Shown here one piece after another: positions 53,995 to 62,499 of a DNA stretch of 64,000 nucleotides (positions are counted from its first letter, which is position 1; each line of letters opens with the position of its first letter). Origin of the DNA: Nitrospinaceae bacterium. Lineage in GTDB: Bacteria; Nitrospinota; Nitrospinia; Nitrospinales; VA-1. Made by a program: the position numbers and the translations under genes. The stretch is taken from positions 138,362 through 202,361 of the forward strand of contig JAJDAY010000026.1 of NCBI GenBank assembly GCA_029261655.1, in the 5' to 3' direction. The notes beneath the pieces are model-generated. The model worked only from the letters and a program-made list of their open reading frames with translations. It had not been told where the DNA came from and searched no databases.

Positions 53995-56625
53995 TCAAAA
54001 ACCTCCGCCACTAGGTCGATGCTCAGGGCCATTACGAGTTTTACTGATGCCGCCGTTATTGTTAAGTATGTGGCATGACCCCGCGCAATCCCTCAATTCG
54101 CTGACGGTGTATTTACGATCCGGGTTCTCAGACTTTTTATGAGGATCCGTTTTGTAATCATTTGCGTGGCAACCGGCGCAATCGGGCTTGAACCCTGCAG
54201 AGGTATAAGTTGGAATTTGATTGTTACTCTTATGACAATCGAGACAACCCACACTGGATCTGTGATCTCCCGGATAATTCGGTGACGAATGCCTGAAGTC
54301 GATTGGCGTAAATCGATTGGTGTTGTGGCATTCATCGCATTGCACATTCGTCACAAAATGGTTGCCCGGTTTGCCCGTTGCCGTGGTGCCGTTGTGACAG
54401 GAGGAACAACTCCCATTGACGGAAGCATGATCGAAATTGGCCGGACTCCAGGCCAAAGTGGTATGGCAGTCATCGCATTGTGCAGAGGTCTGAACGTGGG
54501 TCGGGTGTTTTCCCGTTGCCGTAGTCCCATTATGACAACTGGAACAGGTTCCCGTCACACCGCTGTGGTCGAAATTGACATTCGTCCAACTACTGGTGAC
54601 ATGACAGTCGTCGCACAAATTGTTGGTAGAAATATGATTTTGCGATTTACCCCGCGCTGTTGTTCCATTGTGGCAGTTGAAACAAGTCCCCACAACGGAG
54701 GCGTGATCGACCCGCGTCACCGGGCTCCAGCGCGTGGTGACATGGCAGTCGTCGCAGGTGTTGGCGGTATTGATGTGCGTGCTGTTCTTGCCCGTAGCGG
54801 TTGTTCCATTATGACAACTCGCGCAGTTTCCCGTCACACTGCTGTGGTCAAACCGGGCTCCCGACCAGCTTGAGGTGGTATGACAATCGTCACAGGTGTT
54901 TGCACTCTGAATATGATTGTTGCCTTTGCCTTGCGCGGTCGATCCATTGTGGCAGTTGAAACAAGTCCCAACAACGGAGGCGTGATCGACCCGTGTCACC
55001 GGGCTCCAGCGCGTGGTGACATGACAGTCGTCGCAGGTATTGGCCGTATTGATGTGCGTGCTGTTCTTGCCCGTAGCGGTTGTGCCATTGTGGCAACTCG
55101 CGCAGTTTCCGGTCACACTGCTGTGGTCGAAATTGACATTCGTCCAACCACTCGTGGTATGACAATCGTCACAGGTGTTTGCACTCTGAATATGATTGTT
55201 GCCTTTGCCCTGTGCGGTCGATCCGTTGTGACAGCTGGAACAGGCACCAACAACGGAGGCGTGATCGACCCGTGTCACCGGGCTCCAGCGCGTGGTGACA
55301 TGACAGTCGTCGCAGGTGTTGGCCGTATTGATGTGAGTGCTATTTTTCCCGGTCGCGGTTGTGCCATTATGACAACTCGCGCAGGTTTGGGTGATGCCCG
55401 TGTGATCGAAAGTAGCGGCGGCCCAACTGCTGGTGATATGACAGTTGTCGCACGGCGCGTTGGTCTGCAGGTGATTCGGCGATTTGCCGCGTCCCGCCCC
55501 GCCGGTCACGTGACAGCTGGCGCAGGTGCCCTGCACCGACAAGTGATCCACACGGGTGGCCGGGGTGAACGTGCTGGTGTTGTGACAGTTGTCGCAGGTA
55601 TTGTCGGTGCGCATGTGGTTCGGTGATTTCGCCGTTCCCGCTCCGCCGGGGGTGTGACAGCTCACGCAGGTTTGGGTGATGCCGCTGTGGTCAAAAGTAG
55701 CGACGGCCCAACTGTTGGTGATATGACAGTTGTCGCACGGCGCGTTGGTCTGTAAGTGGTTCGGCGATTTGCCTTGTGCTGTTATTCCATTGTGACAGCT
55801 CACGCAGTTTCCTGTCACACTGTTGTGGTCAAATTTGGCTCCGGACCAGGTTGCTGTGGTATGGCAAGTATCGCAGGTGTTGGGGCTGACGATATGTTGG
55901 GTCCCCTTGCCTTGTGCCATTTTTCCATTATGGCAACTGGAGCAGGTTCCCATGACCGCGTCATGATCCACTCTAACGACGCTTGACCAGGTGCCGCTGT
56001 CGTGGCAGGACTCGCATGTTTTAGTGGTCAGGGGGTGATTGACTGACATGGGTGAGGCCGCTATCTGGCCACCAAGAGTATGGCATGAAGAACAGGTTTT
56101 TGGAGTCCCTGCGAAAACACCGCGTACATGACAACTTTCACATTCAACTTTTGCATGCGCGCCGTCCAAAGGGAATCCGGATGAAAGATGATCAAACTCT
56201 GAAGGTTCTGTCCAATTTTTTTCATCGTAGGTTTTTTCCTGAACCAGTGGATTTTTCTCCTTGAGAGGATCACTGCCTGGTTGAATATTTTCTTCCTCCG
56301 GCGCAGTTTTTATTAAGGCTTTTTCGTCATCACTTTTTCCAAAGAAAAAATCTAAAATCCCCGCAGTGCGTATTATTTTTTCTTTTTGGCGGACTTGAGG
56401 GTTTTGCTCAATTGCGCCAATAGAGGCATCCTCTGAAAATGAAAAATGCGATGGCGTCGAAGCCAATGAACTCAGGGGCAAGACAAGTGTAATCGCCAAT
56501 ATCCAAAACGTTAGAAGACTTTTAAACACGATCAAGCGTTTATGGGGTACCGTGTATTCAAGTCTGACGGGTCTATCGCCAACCTTGAAGGATTTAAATT
56601 TACGACAAACCATCTCGCTTTTCAT
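53995..56625 (-). CDS. giant multihaem c-type cytochrome (29 CxxCH + 1 Cx3CH), paired-CXXCH repeat type
   Basis: 876 aa with a signal/TM anchor. 29 CxxCH motifs were counted by eye in about 90-aa modules (..CASCHNG..H..T.NTCDDCH..), plus CAGSCH. ATGA overlap with the upstream cytochrome gene. Confidence 0.85.
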   Translation of the reverse strand: MKSEMVCRKFKSFKVGDRPVRLEYTVPHKRLIVFKSLLTFWILAITLVLPLSSLASTPSHFSFSEDASIGAIEQNPQVRQKEKIIRTAGILDFFFGKSDDEKALIKTAPEEENIQPGSDPLKEKNPLVQEKTYDEKNWTEPSEFDHLSSGFPLDGAHAKVECESCHVRGVFAGTPKTCSSCHTLGGQIAASPMSVNHPLTTKTCESCHDSGTWSSVVRVDHDAVMGTCSSCHNGKMAQGKGTQHIVSPNTCDTCHTTATWSGAKFDHNSVTGNCVSCHNGITAQGKSPNHLQTNAPCDNCHITNSWAVATFDHSGITQTCVSCHTPGGAGTAKSPNHMRTDNTCDNCHNTSTFTPATRVDHLSVQGTCASCHVTGGAGRGKSPNHLQTNAPCDNCHITSSWAAATFDHTGITQTCASCHNGTTATGKNSTHINTANTCDDCHVTTRWSPVTRVDHASVVGACSSCHNGSTAQGKGNNHIQSANTCDDCHTTSGWTNVNFDHSSVTGNCASCHNGTTATGKNSTHINTANTCDDCHVTTRWSPVTRVDHASVVGTCFNCHNGSTAQGKGNNHIQSANTCDDCHTTSSWSGARFDHSSVTGNCASCHNGTTATGKNSTHINTANTCDDCHVTTRWSPVTRVDHASVVGTCFNCHNGTTARGKSQNHISTNNLCDDCHVTSSWTNVNFDHSGVTGTCSSCHNGTTATGKHPTHVQTSAQCDDCHTTLAWSPANFDHASVNGSCSSCHNGTTATGKPGNHFVTNVQCDECHNTNRFTPIDFRHSSPNYPGDHRSSVGCLDCHKSNNQIPTYTSAGFKPDCAGCHANDYKTDPHKKSENPDRKYTVSELRDCAGSCHILNNNGGISKTRNGPEHRPSGGGF
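54598..55434. repeat. three tandem near-identical ~279-bp repeats inside the 29-haem cytochrome gene (plus a second duplicated block at about 55400-55490 and 55690-55780)
   Basis: ggtatgacaatcgtcacaggtgtttgcactctgaatatgattgttgcctttgcc recurs at 54877 and 55156 (period 279 nt = 93 aa). Flanking copies are about 90% identical. Antisense ORFs 54289..54873 and 54880..55626 show the same repeating peptide. Confidence 0.85.
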
Positions 56626-58613
56626 TGCAATAGCCCCCTGCGTTGCATGTTGACTTCTTTAAAAGATTCCGTTGTGTGGCATCTTTCGCACTGGTTTCCA
56701 AATCGACCCCTGTGAGTATCATCTCCCTGATGGCACTCTGAACAGTATTTTGGAAGTTCCATTTTCTTTTCCACTTCCTTGGTATGACATGCTTTGCACT
56801 CCAACCCGGAATGAGCCCCATCAAGTTTAAATTTTGACTGCGTGTTGTGGTCAAACTTCCACAGGTTCCAATGGTTGGGGTTATGACAGGTTTCACAGCG
56901 AGTGCCCTGGCGTTTCTTGTGAAAATCATCCTTGAGATGGCAATTGATGCAATCTGCCTTAACAGCGTTGAATTCCATGGAAGAGTGGCAATCGTCGCAA
57001 GTCGTAATTGCATGAATTCCGATAAGAGGAAAATTTGTCAGATCATGATCGAATTGAATATTTTTTCCCCAGGCGATATTGTTATGGCAACGGTCGCATT
57101 TTTCGCCTACCTGTCCTTTATGAACATCATCGGCTTTGTGACAGCCATAACAGGTTTTGGAAACCTGAATCTTTTTCTCGACCGGTTGGGTATGGCATAA
57201 GTGACAGTTCAAGTCTTTATGGTAACCACGCAAAAGAAACTTTGTTTGCCGGCTGTGATCAAATTGCCAGAGGTTCCATCCTTCCGATTTGTGACACAAA
57301 CCGCAATCGCTTCCCAGCCGTTTTTTATGCATGTCATCCTTGATATGGCAATCCACACACTTGGACCCCACATTTTTAAATTCAGCTGAAAGATGGCATT
57401 GTTCGCAGGTGGTTGCCACGTGCAATCCCATTAGAGGAAACAGGGTTTTATTGTGATCAAACTTAACGTTTTTTTTCCAGCTTTGCTGGTCATGGCATTT
57501 ATCGCACTTCTTTCCCTCCTGGCCTTTATGCACATCGTCAGCTTTATGACAGTCGTAGCACTTGGTTTTATTTTTTTCTTTTTCTGGAAGTCCTTTATGA
57601 CAATTCTGGCACTGGAGTTTCGTGTGCTTTCCGACCAGCTTAAATTTGGTGTCTTTATCGTGATCAAAATGCACTGTTTTCCATACTTTTGAGTTGTGGC
57701 AGGATTCGCATTTGGTGCCGAATCCGCCTTTATGCTCATCATCATTTTTATGGCAGGAAATGCAGGTTATCTTTAGTTTTTCTTTTTTGGGATTGCCTTT
57801 GTGGCAATCATTGCATTTCAACTTTGCGTGGCTGTCTTTCAATGGAAATTTGGTGTCCTTGGCGTGATCGAAGCTCGTTTTTTTCCATGTTTTTGGGGTG
57901 TGACATTTTTCACATTTTATTCCCAGATCTCCTCGGTGTACGTCGTTCAGAGCGTGACACCCGTTACAAGTTTTAAGCGTTTTTTTGTATCTCTCATCGG
58001 GGTGGCAACTGTTGCATTTGACTTCCCGATGCTTGCCTTCTAAAGCAAATTTGGTTTTCTTGTCGTGATCGAAAAAAGCTTTACTCCAGGCTGTTTCCTT
58101 GTGGCAGTCCTGGCATTTCTTTCCCAGTCTTTCAAGGTGCGGGTCATCGTTCTTATGGCAGAAATAGCAGTCCACAGGAGATTCCCGGTATTTCTTTTTA
58201 GAATCATGGCAGTCGTAACATTTGACCGAGGTGTGAGCCCCTTTTAAGGGGAAGTCTGTGAATTGGTGATCAAACGTGTCTTCATCCAGATGAATAATGT
58301 CCGCGCTACGTCCTTCATGATCGGTGTGACAGAGTTTGCATTTTTTTCTGGCGATATCTTTTTTCAGGCCGTGAAACCCCTTTTTATCAACGATGTCCTT
58401 ATTCACTTTCTTGTGGCAATCACGGCACAATTTATTTTGCGTCTTCTTGTCAAACAGGGAATGGCATTCAGTACACTCGGTTTCAATCTTGGCGTGTCCC
58501 TCAATTACGGGTCCTGGCATCACAAGATTTTCCAAAGGCCCTGCAACTGCCCGCGATGAAGAAAGCATTAAACAGACTCCTATTGCCAATCCAATTAAAA
58601 AACGAACATTCAC
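56622..58613 (-). CDS. 27-haem c-type cytochrome: nine tandem triheme cytochrome-c7-like modules
   Basis: 27 CxxCH motifs in a regular about 75-aa unit (F.H.....F.L.G.H....C..CH-(10-12)-C..CH..D.H...G..C..CH), as in PpcA/c7 polymers. Start placed at the GTG at 58613 (VNVRFLIGLAIGVCLMLSSSRAVA signal), because the longer ORF would overlap the upstream gene by 82 nt. Confidence 0.85.
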   Translation of the reverse strand: MNVRFLIGLAIGVCLMLSSSRAVAGPLENLVMPGPVIEGHAKIETECTECHSLFDKKTQNKLCRDCHKKVNKDIVDKKGFHGLKKDIARKKCKLCHTDHEGRSADIIHLDEDTFDHQFTDFPLKGAHTSVKCYDCHDSKKKYRESPVDCYFCHKNDDPHLERLGKKCQDCHKETAWSKAFFDHDKKTKFALEGKHREVKCNSCHPDERYKKTLKTCNGCHALNDVHRGDLGIKCEKCHTPKTWKKTSFDHAKDTKFPLKDSHAKLKCNDCHKGNPKKEKLKITCISCHKNDDEHKGGFGTKCESCHNSKVWKTVHFDHDKDTKFKLVGKHTKLQCQNCHKGLPEKEKNKTKCYDCHKADDVHKGQEGKKCDKCHDQQSWKKNVKFDHNKTLFPLMGLHVATTCEQCHLSAEFKNVGSKCVDCHIKDDMHKKRLGSDCGLCHKSEGWNLWQFDHSRQTKFLLRGYHKDLNCHLCHTQPVEKKIQVSKTCYGCHKADDVHKGQVGEKCDRCHNNIAWGKNIQFDHDLTNFPLIGIHAITTCDDCHSSMEFNAVKADCINCHLKDDFHKKRQGTRCETCHNPNHWNLWKFDHNTQSKFKLDGAHSGLECKACHTKEVEKKMELPKYCSECHQGDDTHRGRFGNQCERCHTTESFKEVNMQRRGLLQ

Positions 58614-58639
58614 ATCGATTCCAAAACTAAATTTCTGGT

Positions 58640-59593
58640 TTAATAAGCATGCACCGCTATCACATGAAATATGCCCGAACACAACAGCATGATCGCAAGC
58701 GGTAGATGAAACACATGCCAAAGAGAGAACATGCGCTCGTAGAAATTAAATTCTGCGACTTTACGAACATGGCGTAAAAGGGTCCAAACCCTGCGATTGG
58801 CTTCTTTTTGCATCCTTCGTTGATGAGAGGATTCCCCGTCACCGCGCTTTCTTCGGAAATTCAATTCAAGTGTCATCAAACGTCTGATTTGCCAAAATTC
58901 AACACGGGTCGTAATTCCCATAACAAGGACACTTGCCAAACTTTGAAAAAAACCTTGGCGGGAGTTCAACACTTTTTCTGAAAAAGTAAGCAGGTGTTTG
59001 GAAATCGGGGGAGAAAAATCCAACATTTCCGCCATCTCCCCTTTTTCGGTTTCGTATCTCTTCCGCAAATCGTTTAGAGTTGCGCGGCGCCCATACAAAC
59101 CATAGTGAATTCTTTTGTACATATACCGTCCAATCAGACCACTGGAAGCGACCACGATCATTGAAAAGAAAGCCACGTTGCTATTGAGTGATCCGAGTTG
59201 AAAATTTGCATGGAATAAAATGCATACAGGCCCAATAACCCCCATGATCATGTGAGTCTGGAACATTGTTTTTACGCTTCCAAAAGGCTCCATGAAACGG
59301 TATCGCTTACGCAATGGATAAATAACCAGAGCGAGCATCAGGACCGACCCTACGATCCCCAGGACATAACCCGTTCCTGATTCCGCAGTGAAATACTCGC
59401 GCGCGCGAATTTTCCATCCGGCGTAGATAACAAAGCAGACCGTAAAAAAGAAAAATACATTCGCGATTTTGGCTAAAAGTTTTTCTTCTCCCTTGGAGGA
59501 AACAGCCTTCACTTTTTTTTCATCCAGTGAGTTGGTGTCACCCAGAAAATCTGTTGACGTATTTCCAGTCTGGTGTTTTGACAATGCATTCAT
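58640..59593 (-). CDS. integral membrane protein, putative di-haem b-type cytochrome (quinol-interacting)
   Basis: 5 TM helices with His pairs inside TM3 (QTHMIMGVIGPVCILFH, spacing 14) and TM5 (WHVFH...FHVIAVH). Positioned between the Sel1/ANK protein and the multihaem cytochromes. Confidence 0.5.
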   Translation of the reverse strand: MNALSKHQTGNTSTDFLGDTNSLDEKKVKAVSSKGEEKLLAKIANVFFFFTVCFVIYAGWKIRAREYFTAESGTGYVLGIVGSVLMLALVIYPLRKRYRFMEPFGSVKTMFQTHMIMGVIGPVCILFHANFQLGSLNSNVAFFSMIVVASSGLIGRYMYKRIHYGLYGRRATLNDLRKRYETEKGEMAEMLDFSPPISKHLLTFSEKVLNSRQGFFQSLASVLVMGITTRVEFWQIRRLMTLELNFRRKRGDGESSHQRRMQKEANRRVWTLLRHVRKVAEFNFYERMFSLWHVFHLPLAIMLLCSGIFHVIAVHAY

Positions 59594-59604
59594 GATTGGA
59601 TCGG

Positions 59605-62496
59605 TTATTTGGTTGAAAAAATATCAGCCAGCCAGCTTTTAGAATTATTATGGTTTTCAAGAAGTGCCAAGATGTCGTTCCTGCCTTTAGGCACAATCAT
59701 ATGAGCCTGCTCACGATTATTATTCCTGAGATAGGGATCGGCTCCATTTGCCAACAAGATTTCGATGGTCTCCAGATGCCCTCCTGTCACAGCCATTAAT
59801 AAAGCGGTATTGCCGGCGATATTTTTTTCATTAACCTTTGATCCCTTGTTGATGAGCTGACGTACAAGAGCAGAATTTCCCAGGTCCGCGGCAAGCATGA
59901 GAGGGGTATTTCCGGTTTTGCTCTTTACAAAAATATCGGCTCCTGCCAAAACCAAACGCCGGGCAGTTGCCTCATGCCCTTTTGCAGTGGCCTGCAATAA
60001 TGGAGTGTTCCCATCGCGGTCTTTAAATTCCGTGGTTGTTTTTTTACCCAACAAAGTTTCAACGACCATCGTCTGGCCGGCGTCGGCAGCAAACCACAAC
60101 ACGTCACGCCCTTCCGAGTCCTGAGAATTCAAACGGGCGCCTTTATTGAGCAACGATTTCACCAAATCGATCTTTCCTGAATAGGATGCGAGCATCAACA
60201 CGGTAATTCCATCACCACGCTTCAGATTGGTATCAGCGCCGCGATCCAATAACAGTTGCGCCACCTGTTCATGAGAGTTCAGGGCGGCGTTGATCAATGG
60301 GCTGGCTCCATCACTTGATTGAGCATTGGGGTTTGCGCCCGCATTCAACAACTGTTCGACAACAGAAAGATGGCCCTTTTCAGCGGCCCAATGCAGGGGC
60401 GATTTTCCATCCGGTTGCGCCACCTTTGGGTCCGCCCCTTTGGATAATAAAGCGCGCGCAATTTCTTCATGGCCTTTCCAGGCGGCACGGCTGAGGGGCG
60501 TGTGCCCCTGGGGGTCGGTGAAATTCACGTTGTCGCCTCTGGAAAGCAAGGCGTTAACGACTTTGGTTTGCCCGCGCCAGGCGGCAGTCATTAATGGAGA
60601 CCAACCTTTAAAGGTAGCCTCCGGCGAAAGGTTTGCGAGAATACTTTTTGAACTGGAAGCAAACGGGGAGGAATTCTTATTTCTGCTTGTATCCAGAGTC
60701 GCGCCCCTGGCAAGGAGCGTTTGCAGAATGGGTTTATATCCTCTGACATGGGCGATCTGAGCCGCCGTCATATCCTTATGGTTCTTGATCTCAACGTCAG
60801 CGCCTTTTTCCAAAAGGACCCCCACAATGGTTTTGTTTCTTTTTTGCGTCGCCAATAATAAAGGTGTGTTTCCGTTTGGGTCTTGAGAGTTTAGATCTGC
60901 CCCCGCTTCCAGCAATTGGAAGATGGTGGAAGGGTCTCCCCTGTTCACCGCCATAAAAAGAGCGTTGTCTCCGTATTTATTGACCGCGTGAACATCCGCG
61001 CCCGCCTTAAGCAAAGTATTGATCACGTCCAGGCGATTTTCTTCCACCGCCAGTATCAGAGCGGTTCGCCCCGACGCTTCGCGCGCATTGATATTCACAC
61101 CCAGTTTGATCAAGGAACCCACCTCCTCCGCCAAACCCCGGCTTGCTGCCTGCAGTAAATTTTTCTCTGCGACGCCATTGATATTGGCTTTCAGCTTTTG
61201 ACGTTCTTCCTGTTCTTGCTCCAGCTTTGCCTTGGCGGTCAAATGACCTTGTTCAAATGCCGCCTGAAACCATTTCCTAGCCTTGCTCTGGCTCCGCTTC
61301 ACTCCCAACCCATTTTCAAACATGACTCCCAGGTTGTATTGAGCATTGGCATGGCCTTGAGACGCGGACATTTCCAGCCAACGAACTGCTTCTTTCTGAC
61401 TTTTTGGCAAACCCAGTCCCGACCGATATAAATTCGATAATTGAAATTGCGCTTCGGCATGTCCAGCCTTTGCAAGCGGTTTTATTAATTGAATCGCTTT
61501 AGAAAAGTCTTCATTGAGTACAGCGGTTTTGGAGGTTTGCAGTTGTTGCGTGGAATAAAGACTCTTTAAGATGAGTTTGTCTTGCTGAGATTTTGCGATT
61601 TGGATTGCGGTCTGGTCGTCGCTGTTTTTGATTTCTAAATCTGCTCCATGGTTCAGTAACGCCAGGACCAGTTTTGAATCATTTTTTTGAGTGGCCAGGA
61701 TCAAAGACGAGTTGCCATTTTTATCCTGAGCATTGGTATTTGCATTGGCGTTCAGAAGCCAGGTCACAACGGGAAGATGCCCTTTGCCAGCCGCGATCAA
61801 TAGAGCAGAATTGCCAAAATCGTCGATGGCATGTATATCCGCTCCTGCTTTCAACAGAGATTGTACAATTTCCAAATATCCCTGATCGGACGCCAGCATC
61901 AAGGGGGTCCGTCCTTTTTCATCCGTGACATTGACATTTATTTTTTTCTCGATGAGTTCCTTTATTTTTTTAATATCGCCAGTAAAGGAATGCCGTAGTA
62001 AATTCTTTTTATTGATAAGGACCGAATCGGTTTTGAAACGCTTCTGGATTTTCTCTTCCCTTTCCAGTTTGCGTTTCGCCATCACATGATCTTTTGCCGC
62101 CGCCGCGCGGAACCAATCCAACGCCTCCTGTTGGTTTTTCTCCACACCCCAGCCGTTTTCATACATGATTCCCATCGTGTACTGAGCGTCCAAATTGTCC
62201 TGTGCGGCGGCGCGATTCAGCCATTTGATGGCCTGCTCATAATCTCTGGGGACGCCTTTTCCTGAACGCAATAAACTGGCCAGTTGATACTGGGCTTCAG
62301 AATTCCCGTCCCTGGCCAAAGGCTCCAGCAACTCAGCGGCTCTGGAGAAATCTCTCACGCGGGCCGCGGCTTTGGCCGCATCCATGTCTCCGGCATGGCT
62401 GAGGGAAAAATTAAAAGCCCAGGATAAAATCAAAAAGCTCAGGTTTGCCAAAGCGATTATTGGGATTTTTGATTTCATTGAATATGAAAAGTTCAT
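59605..62496 (-). CDS. secreted Sel1-repeat + ankyrin-repeat protein with internally duplicated [3xSel1-4xANK] architecture
   Basis: Signal peptide. Two Sel1-like blocks (GDM.AAKAA...AQYQLASLLRSGKGVPRDYEQAIKWL; GHAEAQFQLSNLYRSGLGLPKSQKEAVRWL) each followed by ANK repeats (TPLMLAS..G..E.V..LL.AGAD...D..G.T.L), about 20 ANK repeats in total. Confidence 0.8.
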   Translation of the reverse strand: MNFSYSMKSKIPIIALANLSFLILSWAFNFSLSHAGDMDAAKAAARVRDFSRAAELLEPLARDGNSEAQYQLASLLRSGKGVPRDYEQAIKWLNRAAAQDNLDAQYTMGIMYENGWGVEKNQQEALDWFRAAAAKDHVMAKRKLEREEKIQKRFKTDSVLINKKNLLRHSFTGDIKKIKELIEKKINVNVTDEKGRTPLMLASDQGYLEIVQSLLKAGADIHAIDDFGNSALLIAAGKGHLPVVTWLLNANANTNAQDKNGNSSLILATQKNDSKLVLALLNHGADLEIKNSDDQTAIQIAKSQQDKLILKSLYSTQQLQTSKTAVLNEDFSKAIQLIKPLAKAGHAEAQFQLSNLYRSGLGLPKSQKEAVRWLEMSASQGHANAQYNLGVMFENGLGVKRSQSKARKWFQAAFEQGHLTAKAKLEQEQEERQKLKANINGVAEKNLLQAASRGLAEEVGSLIKLGVNINAREASGRTALILAVEENRLDVINTLLKAGADVHAVNKYGDNALFMAVNRGDPSTIFQLLEAGADLNSQDPNGNTPLLLATQKRNKTIVGVLLEKGADVEIKNHKDMTAAQIAHVRGYKPILQTLLARGATLDTSRNKNSSPFASSSKSILANLSPEATFKGWSPLMTAAWRGQTKVVNALLSRGDNVNFTDPQGHTPLSRAAWKGHEEIARALLSKGADPKVAQPDGKSPLHWAAEKGHLSVVEQLLNAGANPNAQSSDGASPLINAALNSHEQVAQLLLDRGADTNLKRGDGITVLMLASYSGKIDLVKSLLNKGARLNSQDSEGRDVLWFAADAGQTMVVETLLGKKTTTEFKDRDGNTPLLQATAKGHEATARRLVLAGADIFVKSKTGNTPLMLAADLGNSALVRQLINKGSKVNEKNIAGNTALLMAVTGGHLETIEILLANGADPYLRNNNREQAHMIVPKGRNDILALLENHNNSKSWLADIFSTK

Positions 62497-62499
62497 GGA

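Noticed and set aside
54289-55626. Long plus-strand ORFs (194 and 248 aa) with internally repeating peptides
   Set aside because: They are antisense to the 29-haem cytochrome gene. The Cys/His/Gly/Thr/Asn-rich sense codons leave the opposite strand stop-free. They mirror the intragenic tandem repeats rather than encoding proteins.
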